From positions 248,001 to 312,000 of the forward strand of contig NIVC01000208.1 of NCBI GenBank assembly GCA_002269645.1: a DNA stretch of 64,000 bases, written 5' to 3'. Origin of the DNA: Macrostomum lignano (lineage: Eukaryota). A program made the position numbers and the translations under genes. Each line of letters begins with the position of its first letter. The first letter of the stretch is position 1. Shown here one piece after another: positions 51,201 to 64,000 of the stretch. The notes beneath the pieces are model-generated. The model was not told the DNA's origin. It did no database searches and was given only the letters and a program-made list of their open reading frames with translations.

Positions 51201-54200
51201 ATATCAGACACCAGACATCAGGCACCAGAGATCAGATATCACTCAGATATCAGACACAAGACATCAGACACCAGAGATCAGATATCACTCAGATATCAGA
51301 CACAAGACATCAGGCACCAGAGATCAGATATCACTCAGATATCAGACACAAGACATCACGCACCAGAGATCAGATATCACTCAGATATCAGACACAAGAC
51401 ATCACGCACCAGAGATCAGATATCACTCAGATATCAGACACAAGACATCAGGCACCAGAGATCAGATATCACTCAGATATCAGACACAAGACATCAGGCA
51501 CCAGAGATCAGATATCACTCAGATATCAGACACAAGACATCACGCACCAGAGATCAGATATCACTCAGATATCAGACACAAGACATCAGGCACTAGAGAT
51601 CAGATATCGCTCAGATATCAGACACAAGACATCAGACACCAGAGATCAGATATCACTCAGATATCAGACACAAGACATCACGCACCAGAGATCAGATATC
51701 ACTCAGATATCAGACATCAGACACCAGAGATCAGGTATCATTCAGATATCAGACACCAGACATCAGACACAAGACATCAGACATCAGACACCAGAGATCA
51801 GATATCACTCAGATATCAGACACCAGACATCAGACTTTAGACACCAGACATCAGACACAAGACATCAGACATCAGGCACCAGAGATCAGATATCACCCAG
51901 ACATCAGACACAAGACATCAGACATCAGGCACTAGAGATCAGATATCACCCAGACATCAGACACAAGACATCAGGCACCAGAGATCAGATATCACCCAGA
52001 CATCAGACACAAGACATCAGGCACCAGAGATCAGATATCACTCAGATATCAGACACAAGACATCAGACACCAGAGATCAGATATCACTCAGATATCAGAC
52101 ACAAGACATCAGGCACTAGAGATCAGATATCACTCAGATATCAGACACAAGACATCAGGCATCAGAGATCAGATATCACTCAGATATCAGACACAAGACA
52201 TCAGGCATCAGAGATCAGATATCACTCAGATATCAGACACAAGACATCAGGCATCAGAGATCAGATATCACTCAGATATCAGACACAAGACATCAGGCAC
52301 CAGAGATCAGATATCACTCAGATATCAGACACAAGACATCAGGCATCAGAGATCAGATATCACTCAGATATCAGACACAAGACATCAGACACCAGAGATC
52401 AGATATCACTCAGATATCAGACACAAGACATCAGGCACCAGAGATCAGATATCACTCAGATATCAGACACAAGACATCAGGCACCAGAGATCAGATATCA
52501 CTCAGATATCAGACACAAGACATCACGCACCAGAGATCAGATATCACTCAGATATCAGACACAAGACATCAGGCACCAGAGATCAGATATCACTCAGATA
52601 TCAGACACAAGACATCAGGCACCAGAGATCAGATATCACTCAGATATCAGACACAAGACATCAGGCACCAGAGATCAGATATCACTCAGATATCAGACAC
52701 AAGACATCAGGCACCAGAGATCAGATATCACTCAGATATCAGACACAAGACATCAGGCACTAGAGATCAGATATCACTCAGATATCAGACACAAGACATC
52801 ACGCACCAGAGATCAGACATCACTCAGATATCAGACACAAGACATCAGGCACCAGAGATCAGATATCACTCAGATATCAGACACAAGACATCAGGCATCA
52901 GAGATCAGATATCACCCAGACATCAGACACAAGACATCAGACACCAGACATCAGGCATCAGAGATCAGATATCACTCAGATATCAGACACAAGACATCAG
53001 ACACCAGAGATCAGATATCACTCAGATATCAGACACAAGACATCAGACACCAGAGATCAGATATCACTCAGATATCAGACACAAGACATCAGGCACCAGA
53101 GATCAGATATCACTCAGATATCAGACACAAGACATCAGACACCAGACATCAGACATCAGACATCAGACACAAGACATCAGGCACCAGAGATCAGATATCG
53201 CTCAGATATCAGACACAAGACATCAGGCACCAGAGATCAGATATCACTCAGATATCAGACACAAGACATCAGACACCAGAGATCAGATATCACTCAGATA
53301 TCAGACACAAGACATCAGGCACCAGAGATCAGATATCGCTCAGATATCAGACACAAGACATCAGGCACCAGAGATCAGATATCACTCAGATATCAGACAC
53401 AAGACATCAGACACCAGAGATCAGATATCACTCAGATATCAGACACAAGACATCAGACACCAGAGATCAGATATCACTCAGATATCAGACACAAGACATC
53501 AGGCATCAGAGATCAGATATCACTCAGATATCAGACACAAGACATCAGGCACCAGAGATCAGATATCACTCAGATATCAGACACAAGACATCAGACACCA
53601 GAGATCAGATATCACTCAGATATCAGACACAAGACATCAGACACCAGAGATCAGATATCACCCAGACATCAGACACAAGACATCAGGCACTAGAGATCAG
53701 ATATCACTCAGATATCAGACATCAGACACCAGAGATCAGGTATCATTCAGATATCAGACATCAGACACCAGAGATCAGATATCACTCAGATATCAGACAC
53801 AAGACATCAGGCACTAGAGATCAGATATCACTCAGATATCAGACACAAGACATCAGGCACCAGAGATCAGATATCACCCAGACATCAGACACAAGACATC
53901 AGACACCAGAGATCAGATATCACCCAGACATCAGACACAAGACATCAGACACCAGAGATCAGATATCACTCAGATATCAGACACAAGACATCAGACACCA
54001 GAGATCAGATATCACTCAGATATCAGACACAAGACATCAGACACCAGAGATCAGATATCACTCAGATATCAGACACAAGACATCAGGCACCAGAGATCAG
54101 ATATCACTCAGATATCAGACACAAGACATCAGACACCAGAGATCAGATATCACTCAGATATCAGACACAAGACATCAGACACCAGAGATCAGATATCACC

Positions 54201-54590
54201 CAGACATCAGACACAAGACATCAGACACCAGAGATCAGATATCACTCAGATATCAGACACAAGACATCAGGCACCAGAGATCAGACATCACTCAGATATC
54301 AGACACAAGACATCAGACACCAGAGATCAGATATCACTCAGATATCAGACACAAGACATCAGACACCAGAGATCAGATATCGCTCAGATATCAGACACAA
54401 GACATCAGACTTTAGACACCAGACATCAGACACAAGACATCAGACTTTAGACACCAGACATCAGACACAAGACATCAGACATCAGACACCAGAGATCAGA
54501 TATCACCCAGACATCAGACACAAGACATCAGGCATCAGAAATCTGACACCAGACATCAGACTTTAGACATCAGACATCAGACATCAAACA
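48295..54590. repeat. 46-bp satellite, ~6.3 kb
   Basis: CAGAGATCAGATATCACTCAGATATCAGACACAAGACATCAGGCAC; rare variants recur at a 1867-bp offset. Confidence 0.98.
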
Positions 54591-55215
54591 TGTACATTTG
54601 CGCTGAAGCCTGCTAGATGCTATTCTTGACATAATTGTAAATCATAAAAAAAACAGTAAAGTCAGTGTTGCTGAATATGTGGAGTTTCATTTTATTGATG
54701 AGTCTTTCAGAGACAATTCACAAATTTCTAACACGAGTTATTCTGAGAATCGAATACTGCATAACAACACAGATATTTATTCAACAATAGTCAAACTACA
54801 AAATAAATATAAATTTACAAAAGTCGACGCAAGCATCAAAACGAAATCTACTAGTAAATCCGGAAAATTGGAGGACACAATTATTAGAACAAAATCAAAA
54901 GGTTTTGAATGCAGAAATGTTGCAAGAGTTCAAATGAAATTAAACTACTTTTTGAGGCTATTTTTGGATAGTTTTCTATTGACCTTTGACAATATTTAAA
55001 GACAAATTGATAGCAATAGCAATTTAACTCCAAATGTGAACTTGGTCAGTAGTTTCTTTGCGTCAAGGGTCCGCAAACTATTCCCATCTATTCCCTCTCC
55101 CTCTCTCATATGAGCTGGCTTCTTTAGCTGTCCCATGGGGTAACTAGGCGATATGGAGCTGAAAGAAATTCCAAACGGCAATAATTCTTTCAGATGCGTC
55201 AAAACACACAGGCTG

Positions 55216-56092
55216 TCAGACCATGGTAGTCTGGCCGCCATCCTCCTCGGGTATGTTCACGTCCACCTTGAAGGCGGCGTGGGCGGGGCTAAGCTCGCGA
55301 TACTTCAATGCCAAATTAGCTGCCGAGGAGGCTGCTATGGTGGCGGTTGGTTGAGCAGTGCTCACGCCAGTTGCGAGTGCCTGGGGATGATGATGGTTGC
55401 GATTAGGCAGAGTCCAACTGCCTGCAGTCATTCTGTGCTGCTGTTGCTGTTGCTGTTGTTGTTGAAGCTTCTGCTGCTGATGGAGAACGTACTCACTGGT
55501 TGGCAGGCTGGTATAGCCCATTGGAGATGGTTGGGAAGCCAGACGTCCATTTCTAAGAGTGCTTTGTTGCTGTTGTTGCTGCTGTTGTTGCAGTCGCTGT
55601 TGTTGCTGCTGCTGCTGCTGCTGTTGTTGTTGTTGTTGTTGTTGACGCGAACGCAGCCTTCCAACCTGATAGTAGATGCCGAAAAATACCAGAACGTTGA
55701 GCACGAGCAGAGCGCAGCCAGCTGCAATGGTCCAGACCAGAGCCCGGTGACCGTCGGTGCCTCGCCGACTAACTCCGACAACGCCGAAGCCCACGTCGGC
55801 GCCTGCCGAAGACTCGGTGGCCGGGCCGCCCGACTGAACCACCGACGGACCCTCGGCCCAGTTGAAGTTGCTGCCAGATCGCGACGAACTGCCGTCCTTG
55901 CCGGCGGCCACCTGCAAGAGAAATCCGAACGGGCGAGCGCTGCTGAAATTGGAACCTCGGGACCTCCGGGTTGAATCAGAAAACTTTTGCCACAAGAACC
56001 GCACGGGGAATAACTGACTGACTCACTGACTGACTGACTGACTGACTGACTGACTGACTGACTGACTGACTGACTGACTGACTGACTAACTT

Positions 56093-56135
<43 letters not shown>

Positions 56136-56136
56136 G

Positions 56137-56183
<47 letters not shown>

Positions 56184-56252
56184 GACTGACTAACTAAATA
56201 ACTAACTAACTGACTAACTAACTAACTACCTAACTAACTAACTAACTAACTG

Positions 56253-56335
<83 letters not shown>

Positions 56336-56424
56336 GACTGACTAACTAAATAACTAACTAACTGACTAACTAACTAACTACCTAACTAACTAACTAACTA
56401 ACTGACTAACTAACTAACTAACTG

Positions 56425-56471
<47 letters not shown>

Positions 56472-56622
56472 GACTAACTAACTAACTACCTACCTAACTA
56501 ACTAACTAACTAACTAACTAACTGACTAACTAACTGACTAACTAACTAACTAACTAACTACCTAACTAACTAACTAACTGACTAACTAACTGACTAACTA
56601 ACTAACTAACTGACTGACTAAC

Positions 56623-56658
<36 letters not shown>

Positions 56659-56663
56659 GACTG

Positions 56664-56706
<43 letters not shown>

Positions 56707-56707
56707 G

Positions 56708-56740
<33 letters not shown>

Positions 56741-56947
56741 ATAACTAACTAACTAACTAACTGACTAACTGAATAACTAACTAACTAAATGACTAACTAA
56801 CTAACTAACTAACTACCTAACTAACTAACTAACTGACTAACTAACTGACTAACTAACTAACTAAGTAACTAACTAACTGACTAACTAACTGACTAACTAA
56901 CTAACTAACTAACTACCTAACTAACTAACTAACTGACTAACTAACTG

Positions 56948-56978
<31 letters not shown>

Positions 56979-57077
56979 GACTAACTAACTGACTAACTAA
57001 CTAACTAACTAACTACCTAACTAACTAACTAACTGACTAACTAACTGACTAACTAACTAACTAACTGACTGACTAAC

Positions 57078-57117
<40 letters not shown>

Positions 57118-57122
57118 GACTG

Positions 57123-57166
<44 letters not shown>

Positions 57167-57198
57167 CCTAACTAACTAACTAACTGACTAACTAACTG

Positions 57199-57229
<31 letters not shown>

Positions 57230-57326
57230 GACTAACTAACTGACTAACTAACTAACTAACTAACTACCTAACTAACTAACTAACTGACTAACTAACTGAC
57301 TAACTAACTAACTAACTAACTAACTG

Positions 57327-57365
<39 letters not shown>

Positions 57366-57555
57366 GACTAACTAACTAACTAACTGACTAACTAACTAAC
57401 TAACTAACTACCTAACTAACTAACTGACTAACTAAATAACTAACTAACTAAATGACTAACTAACTAACTAACTAACTACCTAACTAACTAACTAACTGAC
57501 TAACTAACTGACTAACTAACTAACTGACTAACTAACTAACTAACTAACTAACTAG

Positions 57556-57589
<34 letters not shown>

Positions 57590-57590
57590 G

Positions 57591-57629
<39 letters not shown>

Positions 57630-57686
57630 GACTAACTAACTAACTGACTAACTAACTGACTAACTAACTAACTAACTAACTAACTG

Positions 57687-57725
<39 letters not shown>

Positions 57726-57771
57726 GACTAACTAACTAACTAACTGACTAACTAACTAACTAACTAACTAC

Positions 57772-57803
<32 letters not shown>

Positions 57804-57874
57804 ATAACTAACTAACTAACTAACTAACTACCTAACTAACTAACTGACTAACTAAATAACTAACTAACTAACTG

Positions 57875-57914
<40 letters not shown>

Positions 57915-58059
57915 CCTAACTAACTAACTGACTAACTAAATAACTAACTAACTAAATGACTAACTAACTAACTAACTAACTACCTAACTAACTAACTAAC
58001 TGACTAACTAACTGACTAACTAACTAACTGACTAACTAACTAACTAACTAACTAACTAG

Positions 58060-58093
<34 letters not shown>

Positions 58094-58094
58094 G

Positions 58095-58133
<39 letters not shown>

Positions 58134-58190
58134 GACTAACTAACTAACTGACTAACTAACTGACTAACTAACTAACTAACTAACTAACTG

Positions 58191-58229
<39 letters not shown>

Positions 58230-61200
58230 GACTAACTAACTAACTAACTGACTAACTAACTAACTAACTAACTACCTAACTAACTAACTGACTAACTAAT
58301 CAAGGATCATCGCACCTGCGCGGTTCCATCCGGTCGGCTGTCTCGCCACCAGGACGCGGGCTTCTGCCGCCAGCTGTCTGCGTCACCCGCTGAGGCCGCG
58401 GACGCCGCCCTCGGTGGCAGGGCGATGGGGGACGGGGTCGGCCTCGCCCGAGGAGCAACCAGCGCAGGAGTGGAAAACTTGGTTTTCAAATCGATGAGGG
58501 CCGCCTCGGCTTCAAACAGGGACACGTTGCGAAGGTCCTTGAGCACGTGATAACTGGCTGGCAGGCCTTCATCCTGGTGAAGCGCCGGCAGCAGACGGTT
58601 CCACAGGCTCATGGTGCGGGGCTCGTAGTGGCTGCGCATCGCCTCCGTGGAGCCTTTGTCTGCCGCGACGGGGAGTTCGGATGGCGTCGATTCAGATATT
58701 GGGATCAAGTTTTTTCAATGGGATCTGTGGTATTGGGATCTGTGAGATGGGATCTGTGTGATTGGGATTGGGATCTGTGGGATTGGGAACTGTGAGATGG
58801 GATCTGAGGGATTGGAATCTGTGGGATTGGGAGCTGTGGGGTTGGGAGCTGTGGGATTGGGATCTGTGAGATTGGGATCTGTGGGATGGGATCTGTGGGA
58901 TTGGGATCTGTGGGATTGGGATCTGGGGGATTGGGATCTGTGGGGATGGGATCTGTGGGATTGGGATGTGGGGTATTGGGATCTGTGGGATTTGAATTTA
59001 TGGGATTGTGATCTGTGAGATGTTATCTGTGGGATTGGGATCTGTGGGATTTGGATGTGTGATTGGGATCTGTGAGATTGGGATCTGTGGGATTGGGATC
59101 TGTGGGGTTGGGAGCTGTGGGATTGGGATCTGTGAGATTGGGATCTGTGGGGTTGGGAGCTGTGGGATTGGGATCTGTGAGATTGGGATCTGTGGGATGG
59201 GATCTGTGGGATTGGGATCTGTGGGATTGGGATCTGGGGGATTGGGATCTGTGGGGATGGGATCTGTGGGATTGGGATGTGGGGTATTGGGATCTGTGGG
59301 ATTTGAATTTATGGGATTGTGATCTGTGAGATGTTATCTGTGGGATTGGGATCTGTGGGATTTGGATGTGTGATTGGGATCTGTGAGATAAGATCTGTGG
59401 GATTGGGATCTGTGTGATTGGGATCTGTGGGATTGGGATCTGGGGGAATGGGATCTGTTGGAATGGGATCTGTGGGATTGGGATCTGTGGGGTTGGGAGC
59501 TGTGGGGTTGGGAGCTGTGGGATTGGGATCTGTGAGATTGGGATCTGGGGGATTGGGATCTGTGGGATTGGAATCTGTGGGATGGGATCTGTGGGATTAG
59601 GATCTGTGGGATTGGGATCTGTGGGATGGGATCTGTGGGATTGGGATCTGTGGGATTGGGATCTGTGGGATGGGATCTGTGGGATTAGGATCTGTGGGAT
59701 TAGGATCTGTGGGATTGGGATCTGTGGGATTGGGATCTGTGGGATGGGATCTGTGGGATTAGGATCTGTGGGATTGGGATCTGGGGGATTGGGATCTGTG
59801 GGATTGGAATCTGTGGGATGGGATCTGTGGGATTAGGATCTGTGGGATTGGGATCTGTGGGATGGGATCTGTGGGATGGGATCAGTGGGATTGGGATCTG
59901 TGGGATTGGGATCTGTGGGATGGGATCTGTGGGATTAGGATCTGTGGGATTAGGATCTGTGGGATTGGGATCTGTGGGATTGGGATCTGTGGGATGGGAT
60001 CTGTGGGATTAGGATCTGTGGGATTGGGATCTGTGGGGATGGGATCTGTGGGATTGGGATGTGGGGTATTGGGATCTGTGGGATTTGAATTTATGGGATT
60101 GGGATGTGGGGTATTGGGATCTGTGGGATTTGAATTTATAGGATAGGGATCTGAAGGACAGGGATCTGAAGGATTGGGATCTGAAGGATTGGGATCTGAA
60201 GGATTGGGATTTGTAGGATTGGGATCTGTGGGATTGAGATTTGTTTGATTTGGATTTATGGGATAGGGATCTGAAGGACAGGGATTTGTGGGATTGGGAT
60301 CTGTGGGATTGCGATCTGTGGGATTGGGATTAGGATCTGAGAGAATGGCGGATCTATGGGAGATTTTAATCCTACAATACTACTCATTATCAGTAGTCAG
60401 CAGGCAATAGTGAAGCTAGATGTAACACTAAGCAGAAGCCTCACCAATATACAGGTAGCTCTCAGACTGGGCCGTGAACGCAGGCCACGTGACTCCAACA
60501 AACCGATTGGTTATGTGGCCTCCAAATTTTGAAGTTTGATTCAAAGGGCTGTTGGGATTTCTGGAAGCATGACGGGTGGATCAGGTATCTGAATATACTT
60601 TTTGATAGATAAGCATACAGGAAGGCATATACTTAAGCACATTCCTTTTTTGAGCGAAGCCACGCCCTACAGACCTACAGACCATATGATTAAAGAGTCT
60701 GACACAGAAATGACTGAATAGATATTATCGGCGATAGTAAATCATCGAGTTTTATGATGAAATTACAGTAATTACCTTCTGCTATTAAAAGGCCGGATTT
60801 TGCGCTTTTTTAAAACCACCGATCCGTAGATAATACAATAATCTTAGAAACTTTCCTAGAAAGACAGTCGGACGGAACGAGACTAATATTTCTTAGAAAG
60901 AAGCTAAATAGGACTATTAAATGCTGCAGAAACCTGCTCGAGCAAATAGGACCAAGAGAAATTTCCTAGAAAAAATGATTCACGCTTGAAGCTCACTGAA
61001 CGTTTCTTAGAAACTGAAGTTATAACTACACGAAGAGTTTTGCTTCTAGAAAAATTTGTGAACCGAAACCCACTGAAGTTTCTTAAAATGCCTGAAAATG
61101 CTTAGAGAAAAACGTTCTTAAAAAGCGATTCAACCGACAGAAATTTCAATAATTCTTAGAAAATAGTTTTTTTAACTGAGACGGATTCAAACACTTTCGT

Positions 61201-62152
61201 AGAAAGACAGCGAATAAACAAACATTTCCTAGAAAGAAATATCCATTCCGCCAATTTTCTAAAACAGCCATAGAAAAAGAGCGGAAACAAATACTACTAC
61301 CATATACTACTCACCCAGAGGTGGCAAAATTTCCAAAATACCGCATGCTGGCCTCGGCAAGCATCTGGTCCTCCAGCAGGTAGCTCCCCGACCACGGCGC
61401 CAACGGGTGCTGCTCGTTGGACAGCAGCGGAGCCCCCAGAACGAAGGCGAGGTCGTCAGTCCAGACTCCGCCAGCCCAGCGCTGATGCTGCGGCACTGAT
61501 GAAGCATAGCCGAACACGTAAGCGTAGGTAGCCGAGCCGCTCGTCCTGGCGTGAAGCTGAGCAGTTCTGAGGCTGGGAGCAGCAAAAAGTGCATCGGTGA
61601 GCAGATCGACGCATCGTCTGGCTAGCGAGGCCTGAGCCGAGCCGCCCCGACGAGGCACCCCGGCGTCGGAATAATGATTGGCCAAAACGTCCAACAAGAT
61701 CTGCTGCCGATAGCGGAACGTTTGATGCACCAGCGTTCGCAATACCCGATCGAACTCAGCCGAATCCATGCCGGAGTTCAAATAGAGCTCGGAGATCAAA
61801 TGCTGGCCGGAGTGCCGGCCGAATCCCACTAGAAGGTTCGCGCCGTTCAGTCCGGCCTCTCGAGCTGCCAGCTCAACGGCTACGTTGTTTGAGAAGAAGC
61901 CGCTTTCGGAGGCCACCGGGCCGAGTCGGCTGGCGTATTTTAACGACGGTATCGCCAGTTCGGCTTCCAGGATCCGACCGACTGATAGGTGACGCATCCG
62001 GGACATCAGAGACTCGTGGGTTGCTATGGAGCTGAGGTTGAGTCGATTCAGGAGGCGTTCGGAGAAGAACTGGAAGAACGGGCTGGTAGCCCAGGGGGCG
62101 TGCGCAGTGCCACCCATCAGGATGACGTTTCGGACGCCTAGGAAAGTCTCTC
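55216..62152 (-). CDS. NLGN: Neuroligin-like cholinesterase-fold adhesion protein, 3' exons (5' exons not seen in the window)
   Basis: Exons ~62152-61315, 60560-60445, 58659-58316 and 55911-55216 join in frame. VILMGGTAHAPWA, FDRVLRTLV, LTDALFAAP, TYAYVF, YFGNFATSG/NPNSPLNQTSKF..NRF..VTWPAF..SYLYI, RSHY..LWNRLLP, TM LVWTIAAGCALLVLNVLVFFGIYY, C-terminal TTMV (vertebrate NLGN ends TTRV). The start of the 5'-most and last exons is inferred from the best acceptor. Confidence 0.88.
56013..58299. repeat. (CTAA)n/(CTGA)n tetranucleotide microsatellite, ~2.3 kb, intronic
   Basis: Continuous CTAA with CTGA, CTAC and ATAA variants. Confidence 0.99.
58719..60335. repeat. G-rich 15-bp satellite, intronic
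   Basis: GGGATCTGTGGGATT units with variants. Confidence 0.97.
60853..61234. promoter_or_regulatory. Intronic cluster of TTC-N3-GAA motifs (possible transcription-factor site array)
   Basis: Perfect copies at 60853, 60890, 60963, 61004, 61153, 61196 and 61226; near copies at ~61044, 61079 and 61116. Function is inferred only. Confidence 0.45.
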
Positions 62153-63120
62153 CTGGTGACACTGCGGGGTGTTCGAGGCGTAGTGATGACTGGTTCGGTT
62201 TCATGCAGGAGAGTGGTGAGTGTACACTGTACATGCCTGAAGAGCACTTTTTATTACAGTCAGAGGGCTGTGTGCACCCTGGCGCACTTTAAGCGACATT
62301 GTCACACAACCGGCGAAAGGCATTGCTCTGCCCATTCCGCCGACTCCCCTGAGCAGGCACACAAGCGCGCGGATACGTACGCAGTCATAAGCACAGGCAC
62401 ACACTCACACAGATATGTACACTTCACTGTGCCTTAGGGGTTGGCCCTCAAGGACATTGTTAATTGCACGAGCAGAGCCAAACCGAGATTCCAATTTAGT
62501 CCCAAATTAATGTGACTGCACTTCGAATCAGATTCTGAATCTGCGAAAGTTATTATTACTTAGAAAAGCCACCACAGTAGTGCATGATTAAACTCCTCAA
62601 CAACCAAGTCCCATAAGACAGCAGGTCCCACCAATTCTCCTACAGATTGACTCTCGAATAGCCAGCAGTTTGCAAATAGCTTGGGACAACCGCCCAGCTA
62701 GAAGTCCAGAGCTGAGCTACCGTGAGGCTCTCCGGAGACTTTCGTGACCGAGTGAAGAAGTGGGTGGCAGATGAAGGAGGTCTTGCAGGCCACGTCATCC
62801 TGTCAAAATTTTCCTGCTTATCTGCTTGGCTTGTGGCTCTTCTTATAGAAGCATTTACTTTAGGCAGAAAAAGCCTGGCGTGACCCAGCTGCTTTGTTGC
62901 TTTGGCTGAAGAAGAAGCAGCTTCGAGCTCGGCTTTGAAGGAAGAGAAAAAGCATACGGCTCTGCATTAATAATGATTTTTCGATGTGTGACTGTGGGAA
63001 TCAATATGCAGCAGTGCCAATAAGCATGGATAATTTGACCCAGAATTTTTGCCGGATTGGAATTATCTGGGTCGAAGCCAGGACTTTTCATAGCGTCTCT
63101 GCGGAGGGGGCACCTCTTTT

Positions 63121-63820
63121 CTATTTGAGATGGCGCCTCATTTCATTTTGAGATGGCGCCTCATTTCTATTTTGAGATGGCGCCTCATTTCTAGTTTGAG
63201 ATGGCACCTCATTTCAATTTGAGATGGCGCCTCATTTCTATTTTGAGATGGCGCCTCATTTCATTTTGAGATGACGCCTCATTTCAATTTGAGATGGCGC
63301 CTGATTTCGTTTTCGAGATGGCGCCTCATTTCATTTTCGAGATGGCGCCTCATTTCAATTTGAGATGGCGCCTGATTTCGTTTTCGAGATGGCGCCTCAT
63401 TTCATTTTCGAGGTGGCGTCTCATTTCATTTTCGAGATGGTGCCTCATTTCTAATTGAGATGGCGCCTGATTTCAATTTGAGATGGCGCCTCATTTCATT
63501 TTGAGATGGCGTCTCATTTCATTTCGAGATAGCGCCTCATTTCATTTTCGAGATGGCGCCTCATTTCATTTTTGAGATGGCGCCTCATTTCTATTTGAGA
63601 TGGCGCCTCATTTCTATTTGAGATGGCGCCTCATTTCATTTTCGAGATGGCGCCTCATTTCAATTTGAGATGGCGCCTGATTTCATTTTCGAGATGGCGC
63701 CTCATTTCAATTTGAGATGGCGCCTCATTTCTATTTGAGATGGCGCCTCATTTCATTTTCGAGATGGCGCCTCATTTCAATTTGAGATGGCGCCTGATTT
63801 CATTTTGAGATGGTGCCTCA
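63121..63820. repeat. 23-25-bp minisatellite
   Basis: GAGATGGCGCCTCATTTC(A/T)ATTT(T) units, roughly 29 copies. Confidence 0.96.
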
Positions 63821-64000
63821 TCCGCTGTACACCCTGTGTGAGCCTCCTTTAAGGTGTTTTAAAGCAACTAGAAGGCTCAAGCCAAGAAATTAGAAAAAAG
63901 CATTTGCAAAGCTTTTAAGAAAATTTGCTTCTGTTAATCAAAGACCAGAAGCCACTTAACCAATTAGGTCAGAAAGGATCAGTGACGACTTCCTGAGAGG

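Noticed and set aside
54679-55974. Plus-strand ORFs (106 aa and 273 aa with poly-Leu)
   Set aside because: They are antisense shadows of the neuroligin-like last exon (poly-Leu mirrors polyQ) and its 3' region.
58758-60146. GLGSV / WDLWD / GICGI ORFs
   Set aside because: By-products of the stop-free 15-bp G-rich satellite inside an intron.
61315-62152. Active carboxylesterase/acetylcholinesterase
   Set aside because: Triad Glu and His positions are substituted, and the TM plus PDZ-type tail indicate an adhesion protein.
62640-62820. Upstream neuroligin exon
   Set aside because: It reads better as a short decayed plus-strand LINE 3' fragment (RVKKWV..LAGHVIL); no esterase motif on the minus strand.
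63121-63820. Possible CRISPR array
   Set aside because: Units are directly adjacent with no unique spacers, no cas genes are present, and the context is eukaryotic.

Overview
Eukaryotic (animal, probably invertebrate) genomic DNA rich in repeats and transposons; no rRNA, tRNA or CRISPR seen. The short GT-AG introns and dense tandem arrays resemble flatworm genomes such as Macrostomum, but the species is unverified. Layout: (1) a 4.1 kb satellite with higher-order structure; (2) a 5.7-21.8 kb stack of nested, mostly dead transposons: an unclassified transposase relic, an EnSpm/CACTA-type element split by a full-length mariner, and a spliced hAT transposase abutting a 5'-deleted Gypsy LTR element; (3) RTE-type LINE fragments, MITEs and a foldback; (4) three intact-looking secreted-protein genes with an N-terminal PAN/apple-like module, one joined to an ALK/LTK-type glycine-rich domain and two, head to head, joined to F-type lectin domains; (5) large minisatellites and satellites; (6) the 3' part of a neuroligin-like gene on the minus strand with introns full of tandem repeats. 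The best novelty candidate is the 2.3 kb region between the Gypsy integrase and its 3' LTR. It holds two open extra ORFs: a 253-aa ORF that looks by eye like a divergent TARG1/OARD1-type macrodomain, and an antisense 85-aa coiled-coil/transmembrane/CC/RRRR protein resembling FAST-type small fusogens. All family calls come from motif recognition by eye; no database searches were run.
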